NCBI GenBank assembly: GCA_902591565.1
Contig: CACJBC010000004.1
Coordinates: 1,333 to 65,332 of the forward strand
Reading direction: 5' to 3'
DNA from: an uncultured SAR86 cluster bacterium
Lineage (GTDB): Bacteria > Pseudomonadota > Gammaproteobacteria > Magnimaribacterales > D2472
DNA: 64,000 bases
The position numbers were made by a program, and so were the translations under genes. The notes under the pieces are model-generated. The model was given only the letters and a program-made list of their open reading frames with translations. It was not told where the DNA came from and made no database searches. Of this stretch, positions 1 to 11,045 are shown one piece after another. Within the stretch, counting starts at the first letter, position 1; every line of letters begins with the position of its first letter.

Positions 1-999
1 AGAGATTCAATTGGTTTAGATAGCGTTCCAAATGGTAAAGAATGGTATGAATATGTTGCTAGGTATCACACAACTACAGATCTTACACCAGATGAAATTC
101 ATGCTATTGGTTTAAGTGAAGTAAAAAGAATTAGATCTGAAATGGAGCAAATAATTAAAGATTTAGAATGGGAAGGAGATTTTAAATCCTTTTTAAATTA
201 TCTGAGAACTAGTCCAAGATTTTATTACGATAATGGAGAAGATTTATTAAATGCATATTTAATAATGGCAAAAAAAATTGATCCTCTTCTTCCAAAGATT
301 TTTAAAGTTTTTCCCAGGGCACCTTATGGAGTAATACCTATTCCAGAAGAGTCAGCTCCATTTACAACAACCGCATATTACAATGGACCAGCTAAAGGTA
401 GACCTGGATATTTTTATGCAAATCTTTATAAGCCTGAATCTCGTCCTAAATATGAAATACCGGTTTTAACTGTACATGAGGCAGTTCCTGGTCATCATTT
501 TCAAATATCTTTAGCCCAAGAGTTAGAAAATGTTCCAACTTTCCGAAAATATTTAAGTTTTACAGCTTTTGTTGAAGGCTGGGGTTTGTATAGTGAAGAA
601 CTTGGAGATTTTATAGGAATCTATGATGATCCGTATGATAAATTTGGACAGCTAACATATGATATGTGGAGAGCTATAAGATTAGTTGTTGATACTGGAA
701 TGCACTATAAGGGATGGTCTAGAGATGATGCTATTAATCTCTTTATAGAAAATACAGCCAAATCTAAATTAGATATTGAAAATGAAGTTGATAGATATAT
801 TGCATGGCCTGGACAAGCTTTGGCATATAAAATTGGACAATTAAAAATATTAGAATTAAGACAAAAGGCAGAACGAGTATTGGGTGATAAATATGATATT
901 AAAGATTTTCATCATGAAGTTCTCAGGAGAGGTTCAGTTCCTTTAGATATACTTGAAAGCTATATTAATGATTGGATATCTGAGACTTTGAATTCTTGA
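1..999 (+). CDS. DUF885 family protein (5' partial)
   Basis: Frame is open from base 1 ([12 protein letters not shown]...); [18 protein letters not shown] and GQALAYKIG motifs. Confidence 0.9.
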   Translation, partial: RDSIGLDSVPNGKEWYEYVARYHTTTDLTPDEIHAIGLSEVKRIRSEMEQIIKDLEWEGDFKSFLNYLRTSPRFYYDNGEDLLNAYLIMAKKIDPLLPKIFKVFPRAPYGVIPIPEESAPFTTTAYYNGPAKGRPGYFYANLYKPESRPKYEIPVLTVHEAVPGHHFQISLAQELENVPTFRKYLSFTAFVEGWGLYSEELGDFIGIYDDPYDKFGQLTYDMWRAIRLVVDTGMHYKGWSRDDAINLFIENTAKSKLDIENEVDRYIAWPGQALAYKIGQLKILELRQKAERVLGDKYDIKDFHHEVLRRGSVPLDILESYINDWISETLNS

Positions 1000-1123
1000 A
1001 GTTTCTGCATCTTTCACTGCAATATTTAACATTATCCCAGTTTCTTTCCCACTTTTTGCGCCATGTATATGGCTTATTGCATACAATGCAAATTTTTGTT
1101 TCTAATTTAAGTTTCTTATGCAA
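965..1123 (-). CDS. DUF2256 family small Cys-rich protein (52 aa, not in ORF track)
   Basis: TTG start; [40 protein letters not shown] with CxxC...WRKKW...YCSERC signature. Confidence 0.85.
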   Translation of the reverse strand: MHKKLKLETKICIVCNKPYTWRKKWERNWDNVKYCSERCRNFKNSKSQISNH

Positions 1124-1649
1124 TTTTACCTACCGGATAGCTTTTATTACCGCTGTTTATATATAGAATGTCATCAACTATATTGTTCTTTTCTAATGCT
1201 AAATTAATTAAATTATAATACGTTGATCTATTAAAAAATCCTTTAATATTATCTCTGACATGAACTAAAGGGATTAAAGTGTCCTCAAAGTTGATAAGTT
1301 TAATTGAATTAACTTCATTTATTAAAAAAGAGTATTCAAAGTTTGTAACTAACTCAAGATATTCATCTTTAAAATTAAAATCTGTAATAACATATGGAGC
1401 TATCGCGGTTTTCACAGGCACCTTCTCATGAGGAGTAACCAAATAATATGAATCATAGTCTTTTCTTAAAACAGTGGAGAAGAGCTTAGTTAGCCTATAA
1501 TTTTTAATTGGAGAGTTGTTATAAAACCACTCGCCCTCTCTATCTATGAAAAATTCCTGGCCTTCACACAAATCTGGATTCCATTTATGAACTGGTGGGA
1601 ATGTATTGCCATTTGATTTAATGTTATTGGCAATTTTAGAAATACTCAT
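1116..1649 (-). CDS. DUF1285 family protein
   Basis: [28 protein letters not shown] and YYLVTPHEK motifs. Confidence 0.85.
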   Translation of the reverse strand: MSISKIANNIKSNGNTFPPVHKWNPDLCEGQEFFIDREGEWFYNNSPIKNYRLTKLFSTVLRKDYDSYYLVTPHEKVPVKTAIAPYVITDFNFKDEYLELVTNFEYSFLINEVNSIKLINFEDTLIPLVHVRDNIKGFFNRSTYYNLINLALEKNNIVDDILYINSGNKSYPVGKIA

Positions 1650-2247
1650 AAATAGATTTTATAAAAATGAATAAACCAATTAAACATAAAATTGCTGACA
1701 AAAAATAATTAATTAATTTATTTTTGTGGATATTTATTGTTTTTGATGCGGTAAGTAAAAAAGATAGCAACATAAACCATAATGCAGAAGTAATTGAAAA
1801 ATAAATTGGATAAAGGTAAAAAAATATACCCTGAATTGAGTCTATTAGGATAGTAAATAATGAAACAAAAAATATAAAGGCTTTAACATTAAATATATTT
1901 GTGATTAAACCAGAGAAAAAGCTCCCATAAATTGATGAACTATTTTGTAAATTGTTTTGGTTATATTCAGCTACAGAATAAGATCTAAGCATTGATATGC
2001 CTAAATAAAATATATATGAACTACCTATTATGCTTATAGAAAATTTGTATAGGTCATTTTCTAAAATAAAAAGAGAAATACCATTTATAGCAAGAAAACA
2101 ATGAACGTATATCCCAACTCCTATACCTATGGATGTAAAAATTCCAGCATTTCTTCCATATAAAGATACTTGCCTTATAGTTACAGCAGTGTCTGGTCCT
2201 GGGCTTGTTAAAGCAATTAAGTGTGCAATAGATGACCAAATAAACAT
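1636..2247 (-). CDS. LysE/RhtB family translocator
   Basis: SPGPD motif, G(L)ITNIFNVKA, hydrophobic helices; ATG at 2247 chosen because it avoids overlap with murB. Confidence 0.85.
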   Translation of the reverse strand: MFIWSSIAHLIALTSPGPDTAVTIRQVSLYGRNAGIFTSIGIGVGIYVHCFLAINGISLFILENDLYKFSISIIGSSYIFYLGISMLRSYSVAEYNQNNLQNSSSIYGSFFSGLITNIFNVKAFIFFVSLFTILIDSIQGIFFYLYPIYFSITSALWFMLLSFLLTASKTINIHKNKLINYFLSAILCLIGLFIFIKSIYEYF

Positions 2248-2248
2248 A

Positions 2249-3244
2249 TTAAAAAATAATATTTGGTTCAATTTCTAATTTGATATTAAATGTCTTATAA
2301 ACTAAGTCTTGAATCTCAGAAGCATAATTTAATACATCATCTTGTGTTGCTTGACCATTAGTTATTAATACTAATGAATGGTTTTCAAATAGAGATACAT
2401 TTTTATGTGTAGAAATTTTATTTTTTATTAATTCTATTAATCTTGCTGCTCCAACTTTCACACGGACTTGATCATAATTCCAAATTATTAATTCTTCTTT
2501 TGAATGACTAGTAAAATTGATTGAATCTATACTAACTATAGGATTTTTAAAAAAACTACCAACATTATTAACAATATTTGGGTTTGGTAATGCTTTTGAC
2601 CTAATAATAGAAATAATATTTGCGACATCTCTAGTTGAATTAGCATTGATATTATTTTCTTTAATATAATCTCTAATCGTTTGATAATTGATTGATATAT
2701 TACTCACCTTATTAGTAATAAAATTTATATTGTATATAAGGCGATTTGAATTTTTTAATGAAGAATTTCTATATACAAAATCACATTCTGAGTTTGTTAA
2801 ATTAATTTTTTTAAATTCTGTTAAACAGTAACAATCAATACTTTTTATTAATGATGATACTTCTGCTCCATAAGCTCCTATATTTTGGATTGGAGATGCT
2901 CCAACACTTCCAGGTATATCTATCAAATTCTCAAATCCATTAATATTTTTTGATATACAAAAATTAACTAGAGCATTCCAATTATGGGCAGCACCAACTT
3001 TTAATATGTTATTTGCTTTATCTTCGATAAGGGTATCAAAATTAGCTCTGATAATAATGCCGTCATAATAATTAGGTAAAACCAAGTTTGTTCCTTCACC
3101 AACAATATAAATCTTTTCATTATTATTAGATAAAAAATCTTTAAGTTCATCAAAGTCATTTTCACTATCAAGTGTTAGTAGGTATTTGCATTTTGAACTT
3201 ATGCCCAGGGAATTATTTATTGATGAATTTTTTTCAACAATCAT
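2249..3244 (-). CDS. murB: UDP-N-acetylenolpyruvoylglucosamine reductase
   Basis: GEGTNLV, IPGSVGASPIQNIGAYG, NVGSFFKNP and LEIEP motifs. Confidence 0.95.
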   Translation of the reverse strand: MIVEKNSSINNSLGISSKCKYLLTLDSENDFDELKDFLSNNNEKIYIVGEGTNLVLPNYYDGIIIRANFDTLIEDKANNILKVGAAHNWNALVNFCISKNINGFENLIDIPGSVGASPIQNIGAYGAEVSSLIKSIDCYCLTEFKKINLTNSECDFVYRNSSLKNSNRLIYNINFITNKVSNISINYQTIRDYIKENNINANSTRDVANIISIIRSKALPNPNIVNNVGSFFKNPIVSIDSINFTSHSKEELIIWNYDQVRVKVGAARLIELIKNKISTHKNVSLFENHSLVLITNGQATQDDVLNYASEIQDLVYKTFNIKLEIEPNIIF

Positions 3245-3963
3245 TATATTTTTAGATATTCTTCAGCTCTTATAACATCTTCTTGTGTATCAATTCCTGG
3301 AGGAACCTCTCCTTTATATTGAGACATATATATTGAAAGATTGTTATCTAGGAATCTGAGTTGTTCAAGCTTATGCTCTAATTCATTCGGTGTTGGTTCT
3401 AGATTAATTATTTTAGATAATGTTTTATACGTATAACCATATATTCCAATGTGCCTCATAACACTATCATCTAATTCTTTGGTAAGATTTCTTTCAAAGG
3501 CTTCAGCATAGCCTCTGCTATTGATAATGACTTTTACACAATTTTTATTTGAAACATCTTCATCATTATAAATTGGATGGGAGGCTGATATCACATCACA
3601 GTCTTTATTTGTATAGTCATCAATCAATCTGGTAATTAAATCGTGAGGCATAAATGGCTCATCACCTTGAAGGTTAATTACAAGATCATCATCATTTATG
3701 TTTAGCTTTGTTGCAGCTTCAAAAACTCTATCAGTACCAGAAATATGTTTTGGGTTAGTCATAAGAACATTTTTTGTAAATTTTAATACATGTTCAAATA
3801 TTTCATTTGAGTCTGTAGCTATGTATGTATCTAATTTTAATGAGTTTACGTTTGTATAAACTCTCTCTATTAATGAGATTCCAGAAATATTAATAAGCGG
3901 TTTTTTTGGAAGCCTAGTAGAGCCAATTCTTGATGGTATAAGAATAAATGTTCTTTTATTCAT
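3244..3963 (-). CDS. kdsB: 3-deoxy-manno-octulosonate cytidylyltransferase
   Basis: IPSRIGSTRLPKKPL, SGTDR, NLQGDEP, HIGIYGY and LEQLR motifs. Confidence 0.95.
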   Translation of the reverse strand: MNKRTFILIPSRIGSTRLPKKPLINISGISLIERVYTNVNSLKLDTYIATDSNEIFEHVLKFTKNVLMTNPKHISGTDRVFEAATKLNINDDDLVINLQGDEPFMPHDLITRLIDDYTNKDCDVISASHPIYNDEDVSNKNCVKVIINSRGYAEAFERNLTKELDDSVMRHIGIYGYTYKTLSKIINLEPTPNELEHKLEQLRFLDNNLSIYMSQYKGEVPPGIDTQEDVIRAEEYLKI

Positions 3964-3965
3964 AT

Positions 3966-6725
3966 TTACTTTAAAGACTTTAACTTTAAATCAAGTTCTG
4001 TAATGAACTTTTCAGATACATCAGCCTCAATTGTTAAATACCAAATTTTATTATTATCAAAACTTATACATTTTGATGCATCTTTTTCAGTCATAATTAT
4101 TGGCAAATGATCAAGAAAAGTTAAATCTTCCTCATCAAAGGTATGATGGTCTGGAAATGAATTCCTAGTAATATCAAAACCTAGTCTAGCTAATAAATCA
4201 AAGAATCTACCAGGATTACCTAACCCTGCTACCGCATGAACTTGTTTGTGCATGGGCCAGTCTTTAATTAAATAGGATTTTCCAGTTTTTAAATGTATGA
4301 ATTTAGAAGGACTAATGTTCATAAGATATTCATTATCCTTTGTAGGACCACTATTATTAACAACAAAATCAACACTTTTTAATCTAGATTTTGATTCTCT
4401 TAAAGGACCAGCTGGAAAAGTAAGATTATTACCAAATCTTCTTTTACCATCTATAACAACTATTTCTATATCCCTATTCATATTGTAATGTTGAAGTCCA
4501 TCATCGGAGATAATGACATCACAATTATGGTTATTTACTATAGTTTTTACTGCTCTAACTCTATTTTTATCAATGTAAAAAGGTAAATTTAACTTAGCTA
4601 ATATTTGTGCTTCATCACCGGTTTGCTTTACAGAAGTTTGGTTAGTAACTTTTAGTGTTTCTCTAAATTTACCTCCATAACCTCTACTGACTAGACCTGG
4701 TTTATATCCTATCTTGATTAATTCTTGAGCAATATATGCTACTAATGGTGTTTTTCCAGTTCCACCAATCGTTAAATTACCAACAATAATAATTGGAATA
4801 TCAGATTTATAGGATTGAAACTTACCTTGAATATATTTTCTTCTTCTTCTTTTTGTAAGATATTTAAATAAAAATGAAAATGGTGTTAGAAGATACAACC
4901 ATAAACTTTTCTTATACCAACTATCGACAACAAAACTTGCATTATCCTCTTCATCATATTCTGGTACATAAATTTGTTTTGATTCCGATATTTCGACCTT
5001 TTCAGGTGCAGATTCTTCAAATTTATTTTGATATAAAGATTGATATATTCCTTTATTTGAAAGCAATTCTTTATGTGTACCTGTCTCAGATAAAATACCT
5101 TTATCTAAAACAAGAATTCTAGATGCATTTTCAATTGTTGATAATCTATGTGCAATTACAATAGTTGTTCTATTTGTAATAAGTTTTTCAAGAGCTTCTT
5201 GAACGATTAATTCAGATTCAGTATCTAACGATGATGTGGCTTCATCTAAAATAATTATAGGAGAATCCTTATAAAATGCTCTAGCAATAGCAAGCCTCTG
5301 TCGCTGACCGCCAGATAATAGCACACCATCATCTCCAATTTCAGATTCAAACCCCTCTGGCAATTGTTCAATAAAATCAATACAGCCTGCTTGCTTAGCA
5401 GATTCAATTAACTTTTGAGAATCAATAATGTCATCACCATAAGCAATATTCTTGGCAATAGTATCGTTAAATAATGATGGTGATTGATTTACTATTGATA
5501 TAGAAGATCTTAAATATTTGAGAGAGTAATCATTAACTGATATACCATCAATTAATACCTCGCCTTTAGAATGATTATAAAAACGAGGAATTAGATTAAC
5601 TATTGTAGATTTACCAGAACCAGATTTACCAACAATAGCAACTGTTTCATTTCTCTCGATTTTAAAAGATACATCATCAATTATTAAACCACCAGTATCA
5701 TATGAAAATGAGACATTCTTAAATTCAATATTACCAAGAATCTGTGATTCTATATTTCCAGAATTATCTTCATTTTGTTGATCTAATTGATCAAATATCT
5801 CATTAGCTGCTGCCAATCCTTTTTGAATAATAATATTAATATTTGATAATTGACGAATTGGTTTAGCCATTAATCCGGCTGCAGTAAAAAATGCTACAAA
5901 AGTTTCAGCATCAAGAGCAATACCCAGTTGAGAACCAAGTGCAAAAAATGCAACTAGCGATAATGATATTGATACTAATATCTGAATTATAGGCGTAGCT
6001 AAATTTCCAGTCGCTTCAAGTTTTAAATTTTGATTTTTATTTGATGCATTTGCCTCTAAAAATCTTCTGTTTTCATATTCTTCTGCATTAAAGCTTTTAA
6101 TCTCTACATGTCCGTCAACTGCCTCTGATGCTATATGAGTCACATCACCCATGGCTGTTTGTATCTTTGTTGCTAATTTTTTTAACCTTTTACCAGCTAC
6201 ATAAACTATCAATGCAATCAAGGGAGCAGTAATAATTAATAGAAGAGTTAACTTGAAATTTAAAAACATTAAATATGCGAATAAACCTACAAGTAAAAAA
6301 CCTTCTCTAACAATTGTTTTTACTGCATCTGACGCCGCTGTTGAAACCTGAGTTGTAGTAAAAGTAATTCGATTTATCAACTGACCTGATTGATTTGCAT
6401 CAAAATATGATTTTGGCAAGTCATGTAACTTTTGGAATAATTCAGCCCTTAAATCATGAACAATGCCAAATCCTACCCTAGACATAAAGTAATTACCTAT
6501 AAAAAAACCTAGGCCACGAATTACGGCAATAAAAATTAGAGACATTGCTAATATAGTATTTAAACTTTCATCATCTGAATCTATATAGGTAATAATTCTT
6601 CTTATCCACTCTACAGCTGCAATATCAGCTAATGCAAAACTTATAAAACCTAGAACACTGATGATAAACGACCATTTATACCTATAGGTATAACTTAGAA
6701 TACGTCTCAAGATGCCTGTTTTCAT
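3966..6725 (-). CDS. msbA-lpxK: MsbA lipid A flippase fused to LpxK tetraacyldisaccharide 4'-kinase
   Basis: ABC TMD plus NBD (GKSGSGKST, LSGGQRQR, ILDEATS), then LpxK motifs (GNLTIGGTGKTP, SRGYG, DDGLQH, AGPLRE, TEKD) in one 919-aa frame. Confidence 0.92.
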   Translation of the reverse strand: MKTGILRRILSYTYRYKWSFIISVLGFISFALADIAAVEWIRRIITYIDSDDESLNTILAMSLIFIAVIRGLGFFIGNYFMSRVGFGIVHDLRAELFQKLHDLPKSYFDANQSGQLINRITFTTTQVSTAASDAVKTIVREGFLLVGLFAYLMFLNFKLTLLLIITAPLIALIVYVAGKRLKKLATKIQTAMGDVTHIASEAVDGHVEIKSFNAEEYENRRFLEANASNKNQNLKLEATGNLATPIIQILVSISLSLVAFFALGSQLGIALDAETFVAFFTAAGLMAKPIRQLSNINIIIQKGLAAANEIFDQLDQQNEDNSGNIESQILGNIEFKNVSFSYDTGGLIIDDVSFKIERNETVAIVGKSGSGKSTIVNLIPRFYNHSKGEVLIDGISVNDYSLKYLRSSISIVNQSPSLFNDTIAKNIAYGDDIIDSQKLIESAKQAGCIDFIEQLPEGFESEIGDDGVLLSGGQRQRLAIARAFYKDSPIIILDEATSSLDTESELIVQEALEKLITNRTTIVIAHRLSTIENASRILVLDKGILSETGTHKELLSNKGIYQSLYQNKFEESAPEKVEISESKQIYVPEYDEEDNASFVVDSWYKKSLWLYLLTPFSFLFKYLTKRRRRKYIQGKFQSYKSDIPIIIVGNLTIGGTGKTPLVAYIAQELIKIGYKPGLVSRGYGGKFRETLKVTNQTSVKQTGDEAQILAKLNLPFYIDKNRVRAVKTIVNNHNCDVIISDDGLQHYNMNRDIEIVVIDGKRRFGNNLTFPAGPLRESKSRLKSVDFVVNNSGPTKDNEYLMNISPSKFIHLKTGKSYLIKDWPMHKQVHAVAGLGNPGRFFDLLARLGFDITRNSFPDHHTFDEEDLTFLDHLPIIMTEKDASKCISFDNNKIWYLTIEADVSEKFITELDLKLKSLK

Positions 6726-7126
6726 TTTTCTATAGTTCTTATTTGAACTTCATTAAATCCATTTTTATTAAGAATATCCATTATACCTACTATCCATACA
6801 TGAAGAGCTGCGGCTTCGGCACTTAATACTACTGAATCTGAGTTATTGTTTAAGCTAAAAATAGCTTGTTCAATTTTATCGGTATCATTAATGTTATATA
6901 TGGTTCCATTTATATAAACATTTCCACTAGAAGTTACAGATATTTCATTATTAATATCGACAAGGTTATATTCAAAAGATTCGGTTTTAGGAAGTTCTAA
7001 TGATAAAAATTGTGAGTCTCCAACCTTAGACGTTACAACAAAAAAAATCACTAATAAAAACACAATATCTATTAATGGAGTTATTTCTATTGAAAATGCA
7101 GATTTTTCTTGATTGATAAATTTCAT
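6722..7126 (-). CDS. exbD: ExbD/TolR family biopolymer transport protein
   Basis: ITPLIDIVFLLVIFF motif; follows exbB-like gene. Confidence 0.9.
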   Translation of the reverse strand: MKFINQEKSAFSIEITPLIDIVFLLVIFFVVTSKVGDSQFLSLELPKTESFEYNLVDINNEISVTSSGNVYINGTIYNINDTDKIEQAIFSLNNNSDSVVLSAEAAALHVWIVGIMDILNKNGFNEVQIRTIEK

Positions 7127-7722
7127 TTATTTATGACATCAATAAATCTAGAAACTTCAATTTGAAGTGAAATTAAAAGGAATGAAACTTTTTGTTCAAA
7201 GTATTTATGAAGTACAAGACCTGGAACAGCTATAAATAAACCAAATGCGGTAGTAATCAAGGCCTGGGATATACCTGACGCTAGCGCATCTGGATTTACC
7301 CCTGTTGCCTCACTTAAGCCTGTAAATGCAGTAATCATTCCTATAACAGTACCCAAAAGACCTAATAGTGGACTTATAGTTGCAATAGTTCCAAGCATGT
7401 TTAAATTTCTATCTAATAGATATTTTACTTCTATAGCTTTTTCTTCAATTTTTGATTCTAAATTTTCTCTTGGAAGGTCTTTATATTTAATACAGGATAC
7501 AAGCAGGAAACCTAGCGAAGATAGTTCAGCAATTTCTTCAGCTTGTTTAGTGCTTATTAAATTTTTATTAAATAGGTTAACTATTTGATTAGTTAATCCA
7601 TTTGGGGAGACAAGCCTAACTTGCAAGAACCACAACCTTTCAATTGAAATAGTTATGATTAGTATGCTACATGCAAGTAAAGGCCACATAAAGGGCCCAC
7701 CTGCAATAATAAACTCCGTCAT
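7123..7722 (-). CDS. exbB: MotA/TolQ/ExbB proton channel protein
   Basis: GGPFMWPL, SPLLGLLGTVIGMI and GISQALITTAFGL motifs. Confidence 0.9.
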   Translation of the reverse strand: MTEFIIAGGPFMWPLLACSILIITISIERLWFLQVRLVSPNGLTNQIVNLFNKNLISTKQAEEIAELSSLGFLLVSCIKYKDLPRENLESKIEEKAIEVKYLLDRNLNMLGTIATISPLLGLLGTVIGMITAFTGLSEATGVNPDALASGISQALITTAFGLFIAVPGLVLHKYFEQKVSFLLISLQIEVSRFIDVINK

Positions 7723-8391
7723 TTATGCCTCAGTAAGATTCATATCTTGAATTTTATAGATTTTATCAAAATTTCTTATGAAGTTACTATCATGAGTGGC
7801 AGTAATTAGAGCAATATTATATTTACGAGAAATATCCAATAGTAACTTTTGAATAATTTCTGCATTATCTTCGTCTAAATTACCTGTTGGCTCATCCAAA
7901 AAAATAAAATTAGGTTTATTAATTAAAGCTCTAGCAATGGCAACTCTTTGTTTTTCACCTCCTGATAACCTCCAAGGATGATGATTTAATCTATGAGAAA
8001 GACCAACCTCATCAATAATGTTTAAAACTTCTGATTTATTTGTTGATCTGTTTAAAATTTCGAGTGGTATAAGTACATTTTCCATTACTGTTAAATCTTC
8101 AAGTAAATGATGGAACTGATAAACAAAGCCAAAATTCTTTAATCTTAAAGAACTTAATTCACTATTATTTAAAGATTCTATTGATGTGTCATCATATTTA
8201 ATTAAACCAGAAGATGGTGTATCTAAAGATGCTAGTACTTGAAGAAGTGTTGATTTTCCTGCACCTGATCTTCCAGAAAGAGCAACCAAATCACCTCTTT
8301 TTATAGAAATATTAATTTTATTTAAAACTTCAATTTCAATACCATCAATAAAAAAAGATTTACTTAAATTAATTGATTGTATTTTATTCAT
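7723..8391 (-). CDS. lolD: Lipoprotein-releasing ABC transporter ATPase
   Basis: GRSGAGKST, GFVYQFHHLL (LolD motif), LSGGEKQR, DEPTGNLD; start at 8391 or 8406. Confidence 0.9.
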   Translation of the reverse strand: MNKIQSINLSKSFFIDGIEIEVLNKINISIKRGDLVALSGRSGAGKSTLLQVLASLDTPSSGLIKYDDTSIESLNNSELSSLRLKNFGFVYQFHHLLEDLTVMENVLIPLEILNRSTNKSEVLNIIDEVGLSHRLNHHPWRLSGGEKQRVAIARALINKPNFIFLDEPTGNLDEDNAEIIQKLLLDISRKYNIALITATHDSNFIRNFDKIYKIQDMNLTEA

Positions 8392-9607
8392 GTCTAAGAA
8401 TTTCAATTGGGTTTAACTTTATTACTCTTAAAGCTGGTAATAAAGAAGAAATAACACTGAAGATAAAAGAAAGTGAACAAATAAACAAAATCTGACTATA
8501 GTCAACATAATATGGAAAGTAATTTATAAAATAGGCCTCCAAAAGGTTTCTTTGAAGAAGTGATTCAAGCAAATATATAAAGTTATTTAAATTAAATGTT
8601 ATTAATAATCCTATTAATAATCCAAAAATTAAACCTATCATGCTAACCATCAATCCTTGAAAGAAAAATATCATAACAAGTTGATTATTATTTGCACCGA
8701 TTGTCTTTAGAATACCGACCTCTCTTTCCTTAGATTTAACAGTCATAACTATTGTTGAAAGAACAAGAATTGAAGCTACACCTACAATTAAAAACAACAT
8801 CAGGCCAATTAGAAGTTTTTCAAATTGAATAGCCTCAAACAAAGTTCCGTGTGTTTCCTTCCAAGAAGATGAAATATAACCAGTATTATCTGGAATGGAT
8901 TCATAGGCAATTTTATCTGCAAGAAATAAATCAGATGTTTTAATTCTAATAGATAAAGTTTCATTATTTAATGATTTAAATTTTTGAGCTAAATCATGTG
9001 AAATCAAAGCCAAAGATTGATCAATTTCAGCTCTTAACTCAAATATACCAACTACTTTTAACATTACAGACTTTGGATATGAGCCAATTATCGAAGATTT
9101 AATATCAGAGGTTGTGATATTTATATTATCTCCAACAAATACACCTAAATAAGATGCTAACCATGATCCGATTATTATTGAATTATCTTTATTTAAATCA
9201 TTTAAAGAACCATAGATCACATGATTTGGTAAAATTGATACTCTATTCTCAGACTCTACATCTATTCCATTTATTGAAATTCCTTTACTAGCTGATTCAT
9301 GAGTAGCCAAAGCTTGAAAAGATATATAAGGAACTGCTTCAAGAACATTTTTATTTTGTTTAATATCCGTTATTAAAGATTCATAATTATTAATTGGTTC
9401 ATCAGAATATATGACAGCATGAGGAACCACACCCAATATTCTATTTTGCAATTCTTTTTCAAAACCATTCATAACTGACATCACAATAATTAAACTCGCA
9501 ACACCAATTGAAAGGCCTGAAACAGCTAAAAATGAGGTAAAAGAAAAGATACCACCTTTATTAGATCTAAAGTATTTAAAAGCTAATTTAAAAGGTAAGT
9601 TAAGCAC
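8384..9607 (-). CDS. lolC: Lipoprotein-releasing ABC transporter permease (LolC/E family)
   Basis: MSVMNGFEKELQNRILGVVPH and C-terminal PIEILRHE; directly upstream of lolD. Confidence 0.9.
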   Translation of the reverse strand: MLNLPFKLAFKYFRSNKGGIFSFTSFLAVSGLSIGVASLIIVMSVMNGFEKELQNRILGVVPHAVIYSDEPINNYESLITDIKQNKNVLEAVPYISFQALATHESASKGISINGIDVESENRVSILPNHVIYGSLNDLNKDNSIIIGSWLASYLGVFVGDNINITTSDIKSSIIGSYPKSVMLKVVGIFELRAEIDQSLALISHDLAQKFKSLNNETLSIRIKTSDLFLADKIAYESIPDNTGYISSSWKETHGTLFEAIQFEKLLIGLMLFLIVGVASILVLSTIVMTVKSKEREVGILKTIGANNNQLVMIFFFQGLMVSMIGLIFGLLIGLLITFNLNNFIYLLESLLQRNLLEAYFINYFPYYVDYSQILFICSLSFIFSVISSLLPALRVIKLNPIEILRHE

Positions 9608-9614
9608 AAGAGTA

Positions 9615-11045
9615 TTATTTTAATAATCCTTTTAGTAACTTTTCTATGCTCTTTGTGTAAGGAGGCCTAATACCATCAAACAATGCATCAAATTTAAATC
9701 CAACATCTTTATAAAATGATCTTGGATTTGAAAAATTTTTAAAACCATCAAATGATTGATATCTCCCCATACCTGATGGGCCGACACCACCAAATGGCAA
9801 ATCTTTTTGTTGAATATGGCCAACAACGTTATTAATCGTCACACCACCAGATGAGGTATTAGACATAATTGTATTCTCTTCATTAGTATCATTTCCAAAA
9901 TAATATAATCCCAAAGGTCTATCTTTTGAATTAATTGTAGACAGAGCATCAGTTAAATTTTCATATTCAAGAACAGGTAACACAGGACCAAATATCTCTT
10001 CGTTCATTATTTTCATATCATCAGAGGTATTAGTTACTATTGTTGGAGGTATTTTAAAGAATTCTTGTTGAGAAAAGTCTTCATTTGATGGATTGATTTG
10101 ATTTATACAAGCACCCTTTTCTCTTGCGTCTTCAATAAAAGAATTTATTCTGTCAAAATGTCTTTGATTTATAATGGATGAATAATCGTCATTATCTTTC
10201 ATGGTTGGATAGTATTCATTTATTACATTTTCAACTTCAGTAATAAATTCATCTTTCTTTTCTTTGTGAACAATTACATAATCAGGAGCTAAACATATTT
10301 GACCTGCATTGAGTGTTTTACCAAACATAATTCTCTTAGCTGATACTTTAATATCAGCGGAATTTCCGATAATAACTGGTGATTTACCACCTAATTCCAG
10401 AGTGACTGGAACAAGGTTATGGGATGCAGACTTCATAACTTGTTTGCCAATAGAACCTGAGCCAGTATACAGAAGATGATCAAAGTTAAGTTTTGTAAAA
10501 GCTTCACCAGTTTCAGGTCCTCCTAAAAAAGTTGCAAATTCATTTTCATCATATGCCTTATCACAAAGATCTTTTATTAATGAGGCTGTTATAGGTGTTA
10601 ACTCACTTGGTTTATGCATAACTTGATTACCAGCAGCAAAAATTGCAGCAAGTGGTTTAAAAGATATATTAACAGGGAAATTCCATGGAGATATCATTCC
10701 AACTGTACCTAAAGGCTCATACTTAACATAAGATTTTGCACCAATTAAACCAAATGGAAAATTAGATGAACGTTTATCAATTTTGGTCCATTTTTTGATG
10801 TTTTTTATTGCGTTATTGATATCAGGGATTATCCCATAAGCATCAGAAAGCAAAGATATATTATTAGATCTACTTCCATAATCTTCATTTAAAGCATCAA
10901 CAAAATCGTATCTATTGTTCATAATTAGACTCTTTAGACGATTAAGTCTATCAATTCTTAATTCAATAGATGGTGAACCTTCTTCAATAAAAAAATTTTT
11001 TTGAGCCTCTAAAACTCTTTGCATTTCATTAAAATTACTTTCCAT
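9615..11045 (-). CDS. Aldehyde dehydrogenase (coniferyl aldehyde dehydrogenase-like)
   Basis: PWNFP, KPSE, LELGGKSP, NAGQIC, EEIFGP and PFGGVGPSGMG motifs. Confidence 0.9.
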   Translation of the reverse strand: MESNFNEMQRVLEAQKNFFIEEGSPSIELRIDRLNRLKSLIMNNRYDFVDALNEDYGSRSNNISLLSDAYGIIPDINNAIKNIKKWTKIDKRSSNFPFGLIGAKSYVKYEPLGTVGMISPWNFPVNISFKPLAAIFAAGNQVMHKPSELTPITASLIKDLCDKAYDENEFATFLGGPETGEAFTKLNFDHLLYTGSGSIGKQVMKSASHNLVPVTLELGGKSPVIIGNSADIKVSAKRIMFGKTLNAGQICLAPDYVIVHKEKKDEFITEVENVINEYYPTMKDNDDYSSIINQRHFDRINSFIEDAREKGACINQINPSNEDFSQQEFFKIPPTIVTNTSDDMKIMNEEIFGPVLPVLEYENLTDALSTINSKDRPLGLYYFGNDTNEENTIMSNTSSGGVTINNVVGHIQQKDLPFGGVGPSGMGRYQSFDGFKNFSNPRSFYKDVGFKFDALFDGIRPPYTKSIEKLLKGLLK

